Assembly (NCBI GenBank): GCA_021811615.1
Contig: JAJZNW010000032.1
Span: forward strand, 14,291-78,290
From: Bacteroidota bacterium
GTDB taxonomy: Bacteria > Bacteroidota > Ignavibacteria > Kryptoniales > JAKASW01
Direction of reading: 5' to 3'
Length of the DNA stretch: 64,000 nt
In this document: positions 20,165 through 29,718 of the stretch, piece after piece
How the letters are laid out: every line of letters begins with the position of its first letter
Numbering within the stretch: the first letter of the stretch is position 1
Position numbers and translations under genes: made by a program
The notes under the pieces: model-generated
What the model saw: the letters and a program-made list of their open reading frames with translations, nothing else
Database searches by the model: none
What the model was told of the DNA's origin: nothing

Positions 20165-20204
20165 AGGGCTCAATCTTTAGTTGGCAAAGAGACGGAGAAG
20201 GTTT

Positions 20205-21083
20205 TCAAGACAACCCCTCCTTGATATAACGCCTGGTAGCAATCAGCGTTGAAAACAGGCCAAGCAATGTCGATATCGCGACTATGGCCGCATAGAATTC
20301 CGGCGGAGGCATCACCTGGATGAGAATGTTCTCCTGCATCAGCACCAATGCCGCCTGCATCACCCCGTAGATCGCGGCGGCGGCTATTGCCCCGCCCGTA
20401 AAGCCCTGAATCATACCGCCGAGAAGAAATGGCATCCTCACGAAACTTCTGGATGCACCGACAAGTTTCATCGCGTCGATTATCCGCTTCTTGTATGAAA
20501 TCGCGAGACGCATAGAGTTATAAACCAGAAATATCGACAACAAGACCAGGGCTCCGCCGAATCCCAACATCACGGTATAGAACAGTCTCACACGCTTGTC
20601 TATCAGGGTAAGGAGAATCTTTCTGTACTTCACAGATTCCACGCCCGGTATCTGACCTATCTGCGAACTGATCGCCGAAACGGCTTTCGAATTCTTAAAG
20701 CTGTTCCTGAGGAAAACTCTAAAGGATGCGGGCAGGGGGTTGAAATCCAACACCTGCTGTATATCCTGTCCAAATTCCTGTTTAAAAATTCTGGCAGCCT
20801 CATTCTTGCTGATATATTTGACGCTGCTTACTCCATTAGTCGCCATGAGTTGCTGCCTGACATCTTGTACCTGTTGCGCATTAAGAGAATCAGACAGGAA
20901 GGCCTCAATCTCGACCTTGCTCTTCAGGTAATCGAGAAATTTCTCAGCCTGAACGGTTGTCAGGTAGAAGCTTCCCAGAAGAGTGAAAGAAAGCGTGACC
21001 ATGACGATCGAGAATGTCGCGCTCAATCTTGCCCGGCCCAGCCCGCTGAAAGCCTCCCTAAGAAGAAACAAAAACCTCCTCAA
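20205..21083 (-). CDS. ftsX: cell division protein FtsX-like permease
   Basis: 292 aa with FtsX topology: one N-terminal TM, a periplasmic domain and three C-terminal TMs, with KLVGASRSFVRMPFLLGG in the conserved loop. The start at 21083 is TTG and overlaps the pheA TGA (aTTGA). No ftsE is adjacent. Confidence 0.75.
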   Translation of the reverse strand: MRRFLFLLREAFSGLGRARLSATFSIVMVTLSFTLLGSFYLTTVQAEKFLDYLKSKVEIEAFLSDSLNAQQVQDVRQQLMATNGVSSVKYISKNEAARIFKQEFGQDIQQVLDFNPLPASFRVFLRNSFKNSKAVSAISSQIGQIPGVESVKYRKILLTLIDKRVRLFYTVMLGFGGALVLLSIFLVYNSMRLAISYKKRIIDAMKLVGASRSFVRMPFLLGGMIQGFTGGAIAAAAIYGVMQAALVLMQENILIQVMPPPEFYAAIVAISTLLGLFSTLIATRRYIKEGLS

Positions 21084-21913
21084 TACTCCGTCCTCCCTTC
21101 CTTGTAGCTTCCGATAAGCTTGACGTGGGGACAGATTTCCCTCAAATGCTCGAGCGCTTTAGACTGGGCTTCGCCGAACACGCCCCCTCTGAAGTCGACG
21201 AAGAATTTGTATTCCCACGGTCTCCCGACATTCGGTATCGAGTCTATGGAAAGGAGATCGATGTCCCGGATGGCGAACACACTCAAACTTTTGTGGAGCG
21301 CCCCAGGCTGGCTCTTCACGCTGAAGATCACCGTAGTCTTATCGGCGTCGCCCGGGACATAGCTCTCGCGAGTCACGACAAGAAATCTTGTGAAATTTTT
21401 TCCGTCGCTTTCAATGTGTTTCTTCAGAATCCTCAACCCATAATCTTCGGCAGCTGAGAGGCCTGCTATCGCCGCGACTGAAGGATCGCCAAGTTCCGCG
21501 ACGAACTTGGCAGCGCCGGCGGTGTCGTAGTATTCGGCCTGCGACAGCTTTGCTCTGTGAATGAATTTCCTGCACTGAAGCAGGGCCTGAGGGTGCGAAT
21601 AGACGCGCTTTATTCCCGAGATCTTTGCACCCCGGACACCGAGCAGCATATGCGAGATCCGCAGTTTGATTTCGCCCGTTACAAATACAGATTGTTCGTC
21701 CAGGAGGTTGAAAACTTCACGTATTCCTCCGTTAAGGGTGTTCTCGACAGGTACGATGCCGCAATCCACTTTCCTCTTCGCGATGGCGTGAAAGACATCG
21801 GCGAAGGTCTTCTGAGGTATCAGCTGCAGTCTGGTCGACTTGAAGTATCTTCTGGCGGCGAGTTCACTATACGCCCCCTTTTCTCCCTGAAATGCAATTT
21901 CGATTTTTTTCAT
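21080..21913 (-). CDS. pheA: prephenate dehydratase with C-terminal ACT domain
   Basis: KIEIAFQGEKGAYSELAARRYF starts the PDT domain, and TTVIFSVKSQPGALHKSLSVFA marks the ACT domain. Track ORF 21080..22015 was trimmed to ATG 21913, 4 nt after the upstream stop. Confidence 0.85.
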   Translation of the reverse strand: MKKIEIAFQGEKGAYSELAARRYFKSTRLQLIPQKTFADVFHAIAKRKVDCGIVPVENTLNGGIREVFNLLDEQSVFVTGEIKLRISHMLLGVRGAKISGIKRVYSHPQALLQCRKFIHRAKLSQAEYYDTAGAAKFVAELGDPSVAAIAGLSAAEDYGLRILKKHIESDGKNFTRFLVVTRESYVPGDADKTTVIFSVKSQPGALHKSLSVFAIRDIDLLSIDSIPNVGRPWEYKFFVDFRGGVFGEAQSKALEHLREICPHVKLIGSYKEGRTEY

Positions 21914-21917
21914 CAGT

Positions 21918-22421
21918 CTAGAAGTTAGATTCGTCTTTCCAAAGTGTAATTTGCCATGGCGCCGTAGATGAAGCGCGCTCCATTTCAAAATATGCTTTGC
22001 CGTCCACCTCTTCAATATCCGCAGGATTGAAAGCCACGGTAAGAGTAAATCCCCTGGTAACCGTAGCCTGGAGCGAGTCTTCGGTAAGGGAGAGGATGTT
22101 GTTCCAGTTTAGAATGAGCCTGTTGACGTACTTGAACATGGAGCTGGTGGATCTCATTTCGTCGTCCCTTCCCCAGGAAACCGAAACGCCCCTGCTGTAG
22201 TCCATGTACGTGAATGTAAAATTCGGCGCGATGAGTTTCGAATATACGGTAGTGTCCTTGAACGTATAAGCGTAGATGAAATTCTGAAATACACCGTCAA
22301 TTGTCGACTGGTTAGAAATGAAACTGGAGGGGGCGGTCTGCTGGGTTGCGAGCTTGGGTGCGAAGGGATTTTCACAACCGACAAGCGCAAGTGTCAATAT
22401 CGAAAACAGGAGCCACTTCAT
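21918..22421 (-). CDS. lipoprotein of unknown function (paralog of the upstream gene)
   Basis: Signal peptide plus lipobox MKWLLFSILTLALVGC. Shares motifs with the 22418..23008 product (FQN...Y, NFTF, WG..DE, W.I.LW.D). ATGA overlap with the upstream stop. Confidence 0.7.
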   Translation of the reverse strand: MKWLLFSILTLALVGCENPFAPKLATQQTAPSSFISNQSTIDGVFQNFIYAYTFKDTTVYSKLIAPNFTFTYMDYSRGVSVSWGRDDEMRSTSSMFKYVNRLILNWNNILSLTEDSLQATVTRGFTLTVAFNPADIEEVDGKAYFEMERASSTAPWQITLWKDESNF

Positions 22422-23008
22422 TGAGTACTGAATTGAGCTTTCAGGTCACTCCAGGTTTTTACTGTGTCGCTGGTACCGGAATCTACCCATCTATAAATAG
22501 ACCAGCTTCCGCTGGGATTAACCCCGAGATAGAATTGGAGGTTCCCCTGCACCTGCTGCAGGTTGCTGGCCACTTTATTAGGCCAAAGGAGCGTATAGTT
22601 TGCGCTGTAGTATGCCGAGTCGGTGTAAGGGACGAGTTGGACGGAAGAGAGTATGAGGGCGGAGCTGGAGGAAGTGGAAGACTGGCTTATGAGATTATTG
22701 AAATACGATTGTTCCTGCGCCACGCCCCAACCCTGGAAAATCGCCTGGTACTGACTGGCGGCTCTCGGGGACGCGATGAAGCTGAAGTTTCTCCCGCCTG
22801 AGGTCGGATCTGAAAAGCATGCTACATAGTTGATCACATTTCTGTCCGATATAGCATTCTGAAGGTTCTGAACGACGATGTTCGGCGAAGTCGGCGGCAG
22901 GAAATCCGAACGGCCCTGCTGCGGGGGCTGCGGCGTCCTCGTCTGAAAGATGTTACAGCCGGAAACAAGAATCAGTAACGCCAGGGATGTCAATCGGGGT
23001 ATCGTCAT
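22418..23008 (-). CDS. lipoprotein of unknown function
   Basis: [18 protein letters not shown] lipobox. ATG 23008 overlaps the recR TGA by 1 nt. The track start 23011 is TTG. Confidence 0.7.
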   Translation of the reverse strand: MTIPRLTSLALLILVSGCNIFQTRTPQPPQQGRSDFLPPTSPNIVVQNLQNAISDRNVINYVACFSDPTSGGRNFSFIASPRAASQYQAIFQGWGVAQEQSYFNNLISQSSTSSSSALILSSVQLVPYTDSAYYSANYTLLWPNKVASNLQQVQGNLQFYLGVNPSGSWSIYRWVDSGTSDTVKTWSDLKAQFSTQ

Positions 23009-23604
23009 CAAACAACGATCCGCCCCTCCAAGGCCCGCACGAGTGTCGCCTCGTCGGCAAATTCCAAATCCCCGCCGACAGGCACACCACGGGCAATCCG
23101 CGTTACTTTGATTCCCAGCGGTCTGAGCAAGTTACCCAGGTAGATCGTGGTAGCTTCGCCCTCAACGTCAGGATTCATAGCAAGTATAACTTCCTTCACT
23201 CCGCCGCCGAGACGGTTCAGGAGTTCCTTCACCCGGAGCTGATCCGGGGTGATTCCTTCCAGCGGGTTCAACGCACCGCCAAGGACATGGTACACGCCCT
23301 GAAATTCGTTCGTCTTCTCCAGCGCCATCACGTCGCTCGGATCCTCTACGACACAGATCGACGTATGGTCACGCGACTGGTCGGCACATATCGAGCATGG
23401 ATCGTTCTCCGTAATGTTCAGGCAGATCGAACAATATGTGATCCGCCTCTTAACATCGACGATTGCCGATGCCAGCCGGTCCGCATCTTCGTTGCCGGAT
23501 TTAAGAATATGGAGGGCAAGTCGCTGTGCGGTTTTTCTCCCTATCCCCGGAAGCTTGCTCAATTCTCCGATCAACGATTCCAAAGCTTGTGAAGTGTATA
23601 TCAT
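23008..23604 (-). CDS. recR: recombination protein RecR
   Basis: [24 protein letters not shown] helix-hairpin-helix, the [16 protein letters not shown] zinc finger, and a Toprim region. Confidence 0.92.
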   Translation of the reverse strand: MIYTSQALESLIGELSKLPGIGRKTAQRLALHILKSGNEDADRLASAIVDVKRRITYCSICLNITENDPCSICADQSRDHTSICVVEDPSDVMALEKTNEFQGVYHVLGGALNPLEGITPDQLRVKELLNRLGGGVKEVILAMNPDVEGEATTIYLGNLLRPLGIKVTRIARGVPVGGDLEFADEATLVRALEGRIVV

Positions 23605-23684
23605 GATCGTCAGCCGAGAAACGGCGTTTTAGAACCGCAAGACAAATCGACAGCAATCAGAAGTGGTAAGCCGGCAGTACACAT

Positions 23685-24017
23685 TCAAGATATCCCGCCG
23701 AACTTGAAACCCGGGAGCATCGACATGAGTCCGCCTGTACTGGCCCCGAGGTGATCGGTAGCCATCCTCTCGGCTTTCTGAAGTGCATTATTGACCGCCG
23801 CAGCAATCAAGTCTTCGGCCATCTCCTTATCCTCCGGCTTGAGCAGCTCCGGCTCCAATTCGACCTTGAGAATTTCGCGTTTGCCGTTCGCCGTCACCTT
23901 GACCATACCGCCGCCTGCCTCGCCGACAACACTCATCCCCTCGAGTTCCTTCATGGCCTTCTCAAGGTTCTTTTGTAAATCTGAAAACAATTTTTGCATA
24001 TTTCCAAAATCATTCAT
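23685..24017 (-). CDS. ybaB: YbaB/EbfC family nucleoid-associated protein
   Basis: 110 aa. MQKLFSDLQKNLEKAMKELEG...GGGMVKVTANGKREILKVELEPELL is the typical YbaB pattern. GAGGAG lies upstream. Confidence 0.9.
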   Translation of the reverse strand: MNDFGNMQKLFSDLQKNLEKAMKELEGMSVVGEAGGGMVKVTANGKREILKVELEPELLKPEDKEMAEDLIAAAVNNALQKAERMATDHLGASTGGLMSMLPGFKFGGIS

Positions 24018-24034
24018 TTGCGACTCCTCAACAA

Positions 24035-24063
24035 AATATATCGCATTACACCCCGTTCTTCAA
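24035..24063 (-). promoter_or_regulatory. promoter-like element for ybaB-recR (TTGAAG-N17-TATATT)
   Basis: On the minus strand, TTGAAG lies at 24063..24058 and TATATT at 24040..24035. This predicts a 17-nt leader carrying GAGGAG. Confidence 0.4.
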
Positions 24064-24074
24064 ACTATGCCGCT

Positions 24075-26219
24075 TCAGCAGAGTACGAAATCTATTTCGT
24101 GCCGCTCCATATTTACACGCAGGACTTTGACCCTAACGCGGTCGCCGAGCTGGTATACTTTCCCGCTTCGTCTCCCCTTCAACTGGAACTGCCCCTGGAC
24201 AAACGTGTAGTAGTCATCCATTTCTCTCACGTGCACGAGGCCTTCCACAAGAAGGTCGTCGACTTCAACAAACAGGCCGAAGCTCGTCACTCCTGCTATC
24301 GTTCCCTCGAACTCATCACCGAGGTGTTCCTCCATGAACTGGACCTGTTTCACCTTGACCGATTCGCGCTCGGCTTCGACCGCCCTTCTCTCGGCTTCAC
24401 TCGAGAGCTTGCAGACGTCGGCAAGATTCTTTCTGAGTGAACTCAGGTCGGCTGCGTTATTTCCCGATTCGTACGCGAAGAGGAGACGATGAACAATCAA
24501 ATCCGGATAGCGCCTGATGGGGGAGGTAAAGTGCGTGTAGTACTTAAATGCAAGGCCGTAATGTCCGATATTCTTTTCCGAATAGACGGCCTTCGCCATC
24601 GAGCGGAGCATTATGTCGTTGATAAGGTACTCTTCGGGTTTCCCCTCGACCGATTTCAGAAGCCGCTGAAGCTGCTTCTGCCCAACGCCGCCGTCATAGT
24701 TAAGGTTATAACCGAAGTGCGAGACGAACACGGCCAGCTCGCGAATACGGTCCGGATCAGGAAGATCATGGACCCTATAGACGAAAGGCCTTGCCTTTAC
24801 GCCATGTTTTCCGATGTGGGCCGCGACAGTTTTGTTTGCGAGGAGCATGAACTCCTCGACGAGGCGGTGGCTGTCTAGCCGCTGTTTCTTGACAATCTCG
24901 ACCGGTCTCCCGAGCTCGTCGAGCACGAACTTTGCCTCCGGAAGATCGAAGTCTATGCTTCCCGCCCTGTTCCTCAACCTTGTGAGAGTCTTCGCGAGCT
25001 TGTCCATCTCGATGACTTTCTCGGCGTAGTCTCCTTTTCCAGTTTCGATTATTTTCTGAACTTCTTCATAAGTGAACCGCCGTTTGCTGCGTATCACCGA
25101 CTTTGCAAATTTATATTCTTCCACCTTGCCTGTAGGGCGGATTTTCATTATCACGGAGTAAGTAAGGCGATCGACATCGGGGTTAAGGCTGCAAATATCG
25201 TTCGAGAGCTTGTGCGGGAGCATCGGAATCACACCGCTCGTCAGATACACGCTCGTTCCGCGGGAGTATGCCTCGGCATCCAGTTGGCTTCCTTCACGCA
25301 CATAATGGCTGACGTCGGCGATATGGACTCCGAGTTCGAGAAGGTCGTCCGAGATTTGTTTGAGAGATACAGCGTCGTCAAAATCGCGTGCGTCTTCCGG
25401 ATCGATAGTGAAAATCACTTCGTCTCTCAGATCGAGTCGGGAGGCTATTTCTTCGGCAGGGATGCGGCCGACAATCGATTCTGCCTCCCGGTTCACATGG
25501 GACGGAAAGTCTTTTCGAAGATTGAACTGAGCAGCGATGCTTTCTATTTCGACTTCCGGATTTCCGGCGGCTCCGAGCACTTTGACCACATCGGCAGAAA
25601 AGCCGCTGTACCTGTCGACAAGGAGCTTTGCGACGACCTTATCGCCCGCTTCGGCGCCGTTCAACTTTTTCCTCGAGACATCTATGCTTGCGGGGAGTTC
25701 CCTGTCTCTGATCAGTATCTTGTACGAACTTCCGACCCTTTCGATCGTGCCGACGATCCGTCTTTCTTCTCGTTCGAGGATATCGGTAACTTTGGCTACC
25801 AGTACTTTGCCGGATCCTCCCATGATCTTGACGGCCACTCTATCACCCGGCGACGCGTTGCCGAGCCCGTCGGGATAGACTACGATTTGAAGTGTGAAGT
25901 CTTCTCCGCCGAGCTTTCCCTCGGGCTCAAGAAGTATGTTGCCCCCTTTATCGAAGTACAGCCTGCCGACAGCGGTCTCGATCACCTGTGACGGTGCGAA
26001 CTTTCGTCTTCCGGTCTGCCGGACATTTCCTTTTTGCTCGAGCTGTCGAAGTGCCTGTTTGAACCTTGCATACTCGTGATCCGAGGTGTAACCGAGGGCC
26101 TTGGCAAGCTGTCTCTTTTTGAACGAGGCGAGAGGATTGCGCTTGAGAAATGCGTCTATCTCCTTGCCGATGTCCTCGACCTTCTTGCCGCGATTAGTTT
26201 TGGGTGAAGTTTTTTTCAT
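24075..26219 (-). CDS. rnr: ribonuclease R
   Basis: 714 aa. Contains an RNB catalytic region (TIDPEDARDFDDAVS, HYGLAFKYYTHFTSPIRRYPDL) and a C-terminal S1 domain (FEGTIAGVTSFGLFVEV). Confidence 0.92.
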   Translation of the reverse strand: MKKTSPKTNRGKKVEDIGKEIDAFLKRNPLASFKKRQLAKALGYTSDHEYARFKQALRQLEQKGNVRQTGRRKFAPSQVIETAVGRLYFDKGGNILLEPEGKLGGEDFTLQIVVYPDGLGNASPGDRVAVKIMGGSGKVLVAKVTDILEREERRIVGTIERVGSSYKILIRDRELPASIDVSRKKLNGAEAGDKVVAKLLVDRYSGFSADVVKVLGAAGNPEVEIESIAAQFNLRKDFPSHVNREAESIVGRIPAEEIASRLDLRDEVIFTIDPEDARDFDDAVSLKQISDDLLELGVHIADVSHYVREGSQLDAEAYSRGTSVYLTSGVIPMLPHKLSNDICSLNPDVDRLTYSVIMKIRPTGKVEEYKFAKSVIRSKRRFTYEEVQKIIETGKGDYAEKVIEMDKLAKTLTRLRNRAGSIDFDLPEAKFVLDELGRPVEIVKKQRLDSHRLVEEFMLLANKTVAAHIGKHGVKARPFVYRVHDLPDPDRIRELAVFVSHFGYNLNYDGGVGQKQLQRLLKSVEGKPEEYLINDIMLRSMAKAVYSEKNIGHYGLAFKYYTHFTSPIRRYPDLIVHRLLFAYESGNNAADLSSLRKNLADVCKLSSEAERRAVEAERESVKVKQVQFMEEHLGDEFEGTIAGVTSFGLFVEVDDLLVEGLVHVREMDDYYTFVQGQFQLKGRRSGKVYQLGDRVRVKVLRVNMERHEIDFVLC

Positions 26220-27741
26220 ACTCCGCCTTGTACTTTACGATTGCGTCGCAGATACCCCGGGCAACAAGGTGCTGTCCGCGAACGCTGCCGAGGAATCTCG
26301 CTTCTCGCGGGTTGGAAAGATATCCCGTTTCGACAAGTACTGCCGGCATCGATGCGCCAATGAGGACGTAAAATCCCGCCTGGCCCACGCCGTTGTCGCG
26401 CTCATGAGCCACTCTGGATACGTTTGTCTCGATAAGTTCCGCCAGACGTTCGGAGTACTTGACGTATGCGCTGTGAGCCATGGTAGTAAGGATAAGGTTG
26501 TCGGCGTCGTAAGAACGGTAGGTCTTCTCGTAATTGTTCTCATATTTTATCGCGGCGTTTTCCTGTGCCGCAATGCGAATCGCCTCGGCCGTCTTCCCGG
26601 GCCTCAGGAAGAAAGTCTCGACCCCATGCATCGGGTTGGGTTTAGTCGGCATCGAATTGCAATGGATGCTGATAAAGAGTTTTCCTCCCGCCTCGTTGGC
26701 TATCTCCCCCCTTTTGTACAATGGAATAAACACGTCTTTGTCGCGTGTCATCACGATCTTTACTTTCGGAAGCGCCTTGTGGAGATCTCTTCTAAGGTCA
26801 AGACCGATCGCGAGCGCCACATTTTTTTCCTCTATGCCGTACATCCCGGTCGTACCGGGGTCTTTACCCCCGTGTCCCGGGTCCAGGACTATTACATTCA
26901 GCTTCCAATTCTTCTTTTCGTTGTCCAGCTTCTGCCGGATCTCTTCCGACAATAATTTCTGAACGTTCTCGCTCGAGTAGAGGGCAATGATAACCGAGTT
27001 GGTCGTGCTGTCGACGAAGACGTGTTTTGAGGCAAACTTCTGTTTAAGACGGAAGCTGAGCTGAACGGATTTCGGATTCTGTATCGCTATCACGCTCGAG
27101 TAGACGCTCGTCCCTGGAAGCGAGTCAAGAGCAGGCACGTCGGCCGCGGCCGGCATCAACGTGAGGTAAAGCATGTCGGGACTGCCTCCCAGTCCGCTCG
27201 ATGTCAGTGAAGCCTCATAAGCCTTCGGAAGCGACTGCATCCCAATCTCTATTACAGCGCCGTTGACTTTAGGCTCCACCTGTATGCCCGTAATTTTCGG
27301 CAGGCTTTCTTGTTCAGGTGAGAAGGTGAATTCCGATTTCTCTTCGTCGTAAGACAGCGTGCCCTGAGCAATTTTCGAGAAAAGCTCTCCCGAAAACTCA
27401 GCAGGCACGTAAAGCTTCCCGTTAGCTTCGAGAACCGGTATCGGCATTTGCACGGCGTTGGTCTCACCGCGCAGGGAGACGACTACAAAGCCGTTCGAAG
27501 GAGTGAAGAGGAGGCTTCCATAATCAGAGTAAACGCTAAGCTTGTCGGTGGCCTTAAGAACAAATGTGCTAAGGCCGAGCGCATGTGCGACTTCACCGAT
27601 AGAGACGTAAACATGGTGAAGTTCCTGGAAACCGCTGATGTAGGTTGTGCCGGTCGCGGTATGCAACGGGACGACCCGGGGCTGTGCCGCCGCGGAAGCG
27701 CAGTAAAGGAGCAGGACTGCCAGAAGGGTTCTAACGCGCAT
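26194..27741 (-). CDS. N-acetylmuramoyl-L-alanine amidase (Amidase_3) with N-terminal signal peptide
   Basis: Signal peptide MRVRTLLAVLLLYCASAAAQP. The catalytic domain begins VIVLDPGHGGKDPGTTG. Its 3-prime end overlaps the rnr start by 26 nt. Confidence 0.85.
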   Translation of the reverse strand: MRVRTLLAVLLLYCASAAAQPRVVPLHTATGTTYISGFQELHHVYVSIGEVAHALGLSTFVLKATDKLSVYSDYGSLLFTPSNGFVVVSLRGETNAVQMPIPVLEANGKLYVPAEFSGELFSKIAQGTLSYDEEKSEFTFSPEQESLPKITGIQVEPKVNGAVIEIGMQSLPKAYEASLTSSGLGGSPDMLYLTLMPAAADVPALDSLPGTSVYSSVIAIQNPKSVQLSFRLKQKFASKHVFVDSTTNSVIIALYSSENVQKLLSEEIRQKLDNEKKNWKLNVIVLDPGHGGKDPGTTGMYGIEEKNVALAIGLDLRRDLHKALPKVKIVMTRDKDVFIPLYKRGEIANEAGGKLFISIHCNSMPTKPNPMHGVETFFLRPGKTAEAIRIAAQENAAIKYENNYEKTYRSYDADNLILTTMAHSAYVKYSERLAELIETNVSRVAHERDNGVGQAGFYVLIGASMPAVLVETGYLSNPREARFLGSVRGQHLVARGICDAIVKYKAEYEKNFTQN

Positions 27742-28543
27742 GAGTGCCCTTCCTCAACTCGATGCCGTACAGGAAAAGCGGGACGTCGTACTTGACAGGG
27801 TCGAGCGGATCGAGAACTTTCAGTCTCTCCGTAATTTCAGACGCAGTCTTCCAGTTGTCAGTTTTTCTTCTAGTAAGCTTCAACTTCCTTGCCGCCCTCG
27901 ATACATTGACATCGAGGGGAATGATAAGCTTGTCCGTCCCGAGCCAGTTGTAAAATCCAAAGTCGATATCATCTTTTCTTGTCATCCATCTTAGAAACAT
28001 ATTCATTCTTTTGCAAGCACTCCCGTCGCGCGGACTCGCCAGCAATGCGCGCGCGCGCGGCGTCAGCGAGCCGCCCAAACCTCCGGGGACTTCAACCGAT
28101 TTCATCTCTTCCAGCAGCTGAGTCAGGACGCCATACGAAGTCCGTTCCTCCGCCCGCAAAAGAGATTTCTCCAGTGTTCCGCATGATCGCAAGACCGAAG
28201 CGGTCACGAAGAGGACCTGTACGATATCCTTTCCCGTGATGTTCTTGTATGCAAACTGCACATGGCCATCCAGGCTTTTCAGCATCAAGTGATAGTCGAA
28301 GTCCATCATCGATTTGTACGGTGATCCGCCGAGTTGGGCGAAGACTTTCTCGAGCGATCTGAGAATCGCATAGCGGGGACCTATCGCGAACATCGACGCA
28401 ATAAATGCTGCAGTCTCCACGTCTCTCTTCTCGTTGAACCTCTTCGGAAAACCGATAGGGTCAGATGAGGAAAACTCTTCCGTTGAATTGCCGTTCTGTC
28501 CGGTTTCGTACAGAAATTGGAGCCGCTCAAGTCCACGCATCAT
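27731..28543 (-). CDS. TIGR02757/DUF2400 family protein
   Basis: The C-terminal half MFLRWMTRKDDIDFGFYNWLGTDKLIIPLDVNVSRAARKLKLTRRKTDNWKTASEITERLKVLDPLDPVKYDVPLFLYG matches my memory of the family pattern. Trimmed to ATG 28543 (MMRGLERL...), because the track extension to 28744 has no family-like sequence. Confidence 0.7.
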   Translation of the reverse strand: MMRGLERLQFLYETGQNGNSTEEFSSSDPIGFPKRFNEKRDVETAAFIASMFAIGPRYAILRSLEKVFAQLGGSPYKSMMDFDYHLMLKSLDGHVQFAYKNITGKDIVQVLFVTASVLRSCGTLEKSLLRAEERTSYGVLTQLLEEMKSVEVPGGLGGSLTPRARALLASPRDGSACKRMNMFLRWMTRKDDIDFGFYNWLGTDKLIIPLDVNVSRAARKLKLTRRKTDNWKTASEITERLKVLDPLDPVKYDVPLFLYGIELRKGTHAR

Positions 28544-28792
28544 TGGTCCAGCCGAACTGAGAGTATAGGGGATTTCGGGTCGAACGGCCGCCTCGGGCCT
28601 GTCGACTTGGCCTTCGTGCAGATGTACGCCTCGAGCCGTCGCGCCACATCGTAACTGCTCCCGGTGCAGTGCCAACTGGCTTTCGTGCAGGATAACATGT
28701 ACATGTGGTAGCTCCTCAACCGAACAGCACCCCTGATAGGACAATCCGCCGACCCTTCTTCAGAACCGGCGGAACCTCTGTAATCATCGTAG

Positions 28793-28866
<74 letters not shown>

Positions 28867-28937
28867 GTAGTTCTAAAATAGCGCCTGAGGATGAACGAAA
28901 CAATGAGAGTCTTATGAACGTGCAACGAATTTCAGTA

Positions 28938-29312
28938 TCAGGCTTTGCCGGAGAGTTTTTCGATCAAGTCGTTCAGAAAAGCACGTGTCTCGAGGAGGAT
29001 TTGCTTAAGGTCATCGGAAGACTCGACCGCCACTTCAGTCTCTACGAGCTGGGCAGAGCCATCGCCTGCCTTGGAGCCAAGAACTTTCTTCGCGCCTTCG
29101 ATCGTGAACCCTTGCTCACGGACGAGTCGCTTAATCTCGAAGATCAGGCTTATATCTTTGTTAGTATATATGCGGTTACCAGCCCTGTTCTTCGCTGGAT
29201 TGAGTTCCGAGAATTGGGACTCCCAATATCTGAGAACATGCTGCTCTAACCCCGTTATGCGGCTAACTTCCGAGATGGAGTAGTAAAGTTTCTTGAACTC
29301 GAAATCCTTCAT
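28938..29312 (-). CDS. MerR-family HTH transcriptional regulator (short, no obvious effector domain)
   Basis: YYSISEVSRITGLEQHVLRYWESQFSELNPAKNRAGNRIYTNKDISLIFEIKRLV is a MerR-type winged HTH. The C-terminal 50 aa are acidic and coil-like. Confidence 0.8.
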   Translation of the reverse strand: MKDFEFKKLYYSISEVSRITGLEQHVLRYWESQFSELNPAKNRAGNRIYTNKDISLIFEIKRLVREQGFTIEGAKKVLGSKAGDGSAQLVETEVAVESSDDLKQILLETRAFLNDLIEKLSGKA

Positions 29313-29320
29313 CTGGCGAA

Positions 29321-29349
29321 ATTATAATACATTACGGAAATAATTGCAA
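29321..29349 (-). promoter_or_regulatory. promoter-like element for the merR-like gene (TTGCAA-N17-TATAAT), near-leaderless
   Basis: On the minus strand, TTGCAA lies at 29349..29344 and TATAAT at 29326..29321. Only 8 nt remain before ATG 29312. Confidence 0.4.
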
Positions 29350-29383
29350 ATTCTTGTTAGATAAAACTCGTAAGCTTTTCGAT

Positions 29384-29412
29384 TTGGATTTGCATCGACG
29401 TAAAGATAAATT
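29384..29412 (+). promoter_or_regulatory. promoter-like element for tRNA-Arg (TTGGAT-N17-TAAATT)
   Basis: TTGGAT at 29384..29389 and TAAATT at 29407..29412. The mature tRNA 5-prime end (29420) is 7 nt downstream. This promoter is divergent from the merR-like promoter 34 nt away. Confidence 0.4.
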
Positions 29413-29419
29413 TACCTGA

Positions 29420-29493
29420 GCGCCATTAGCTCAATTGGATAGAGCAACAGACTTCGGATCTGTCGGTTGGGGGTTCGACTCCCTCATGGCGCA
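29420..29493 (+). tRNA. tRNA-Arg (anticodon TCG)
   Basis: Folded by hand: acceptor GCGCCAT/ATGGCGC, D arm GCTC/GAGC, anticodon stem ACAGA/TCTGT with loop CTTCGGA, T arm GGGGG-TTCGACT-CCCTC (one G-U pair), discriminator A. CCA is not encoded. Confidence 0.9.
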
Positions 29494-29718
29494 CTCCAGA
29501 CTCATCTTCATCTGTCCGCCTACACCGCCATGCCACTCCCTCAATGTTTTCATAATTCACTTCTACTTCCCCATCGGACAAAATCGTTCAGACAAACAGG
29601 CTAAAGGTATTCCCTGTCTGGCACTCGGTTAATCGGAGCCCGTTCCTCCCGAATCATCGAAACCAATATCTACTCACTCCGTACTCTCGAAAGTAAAACA
29701 AAATCAGAGGGTCTGAAA

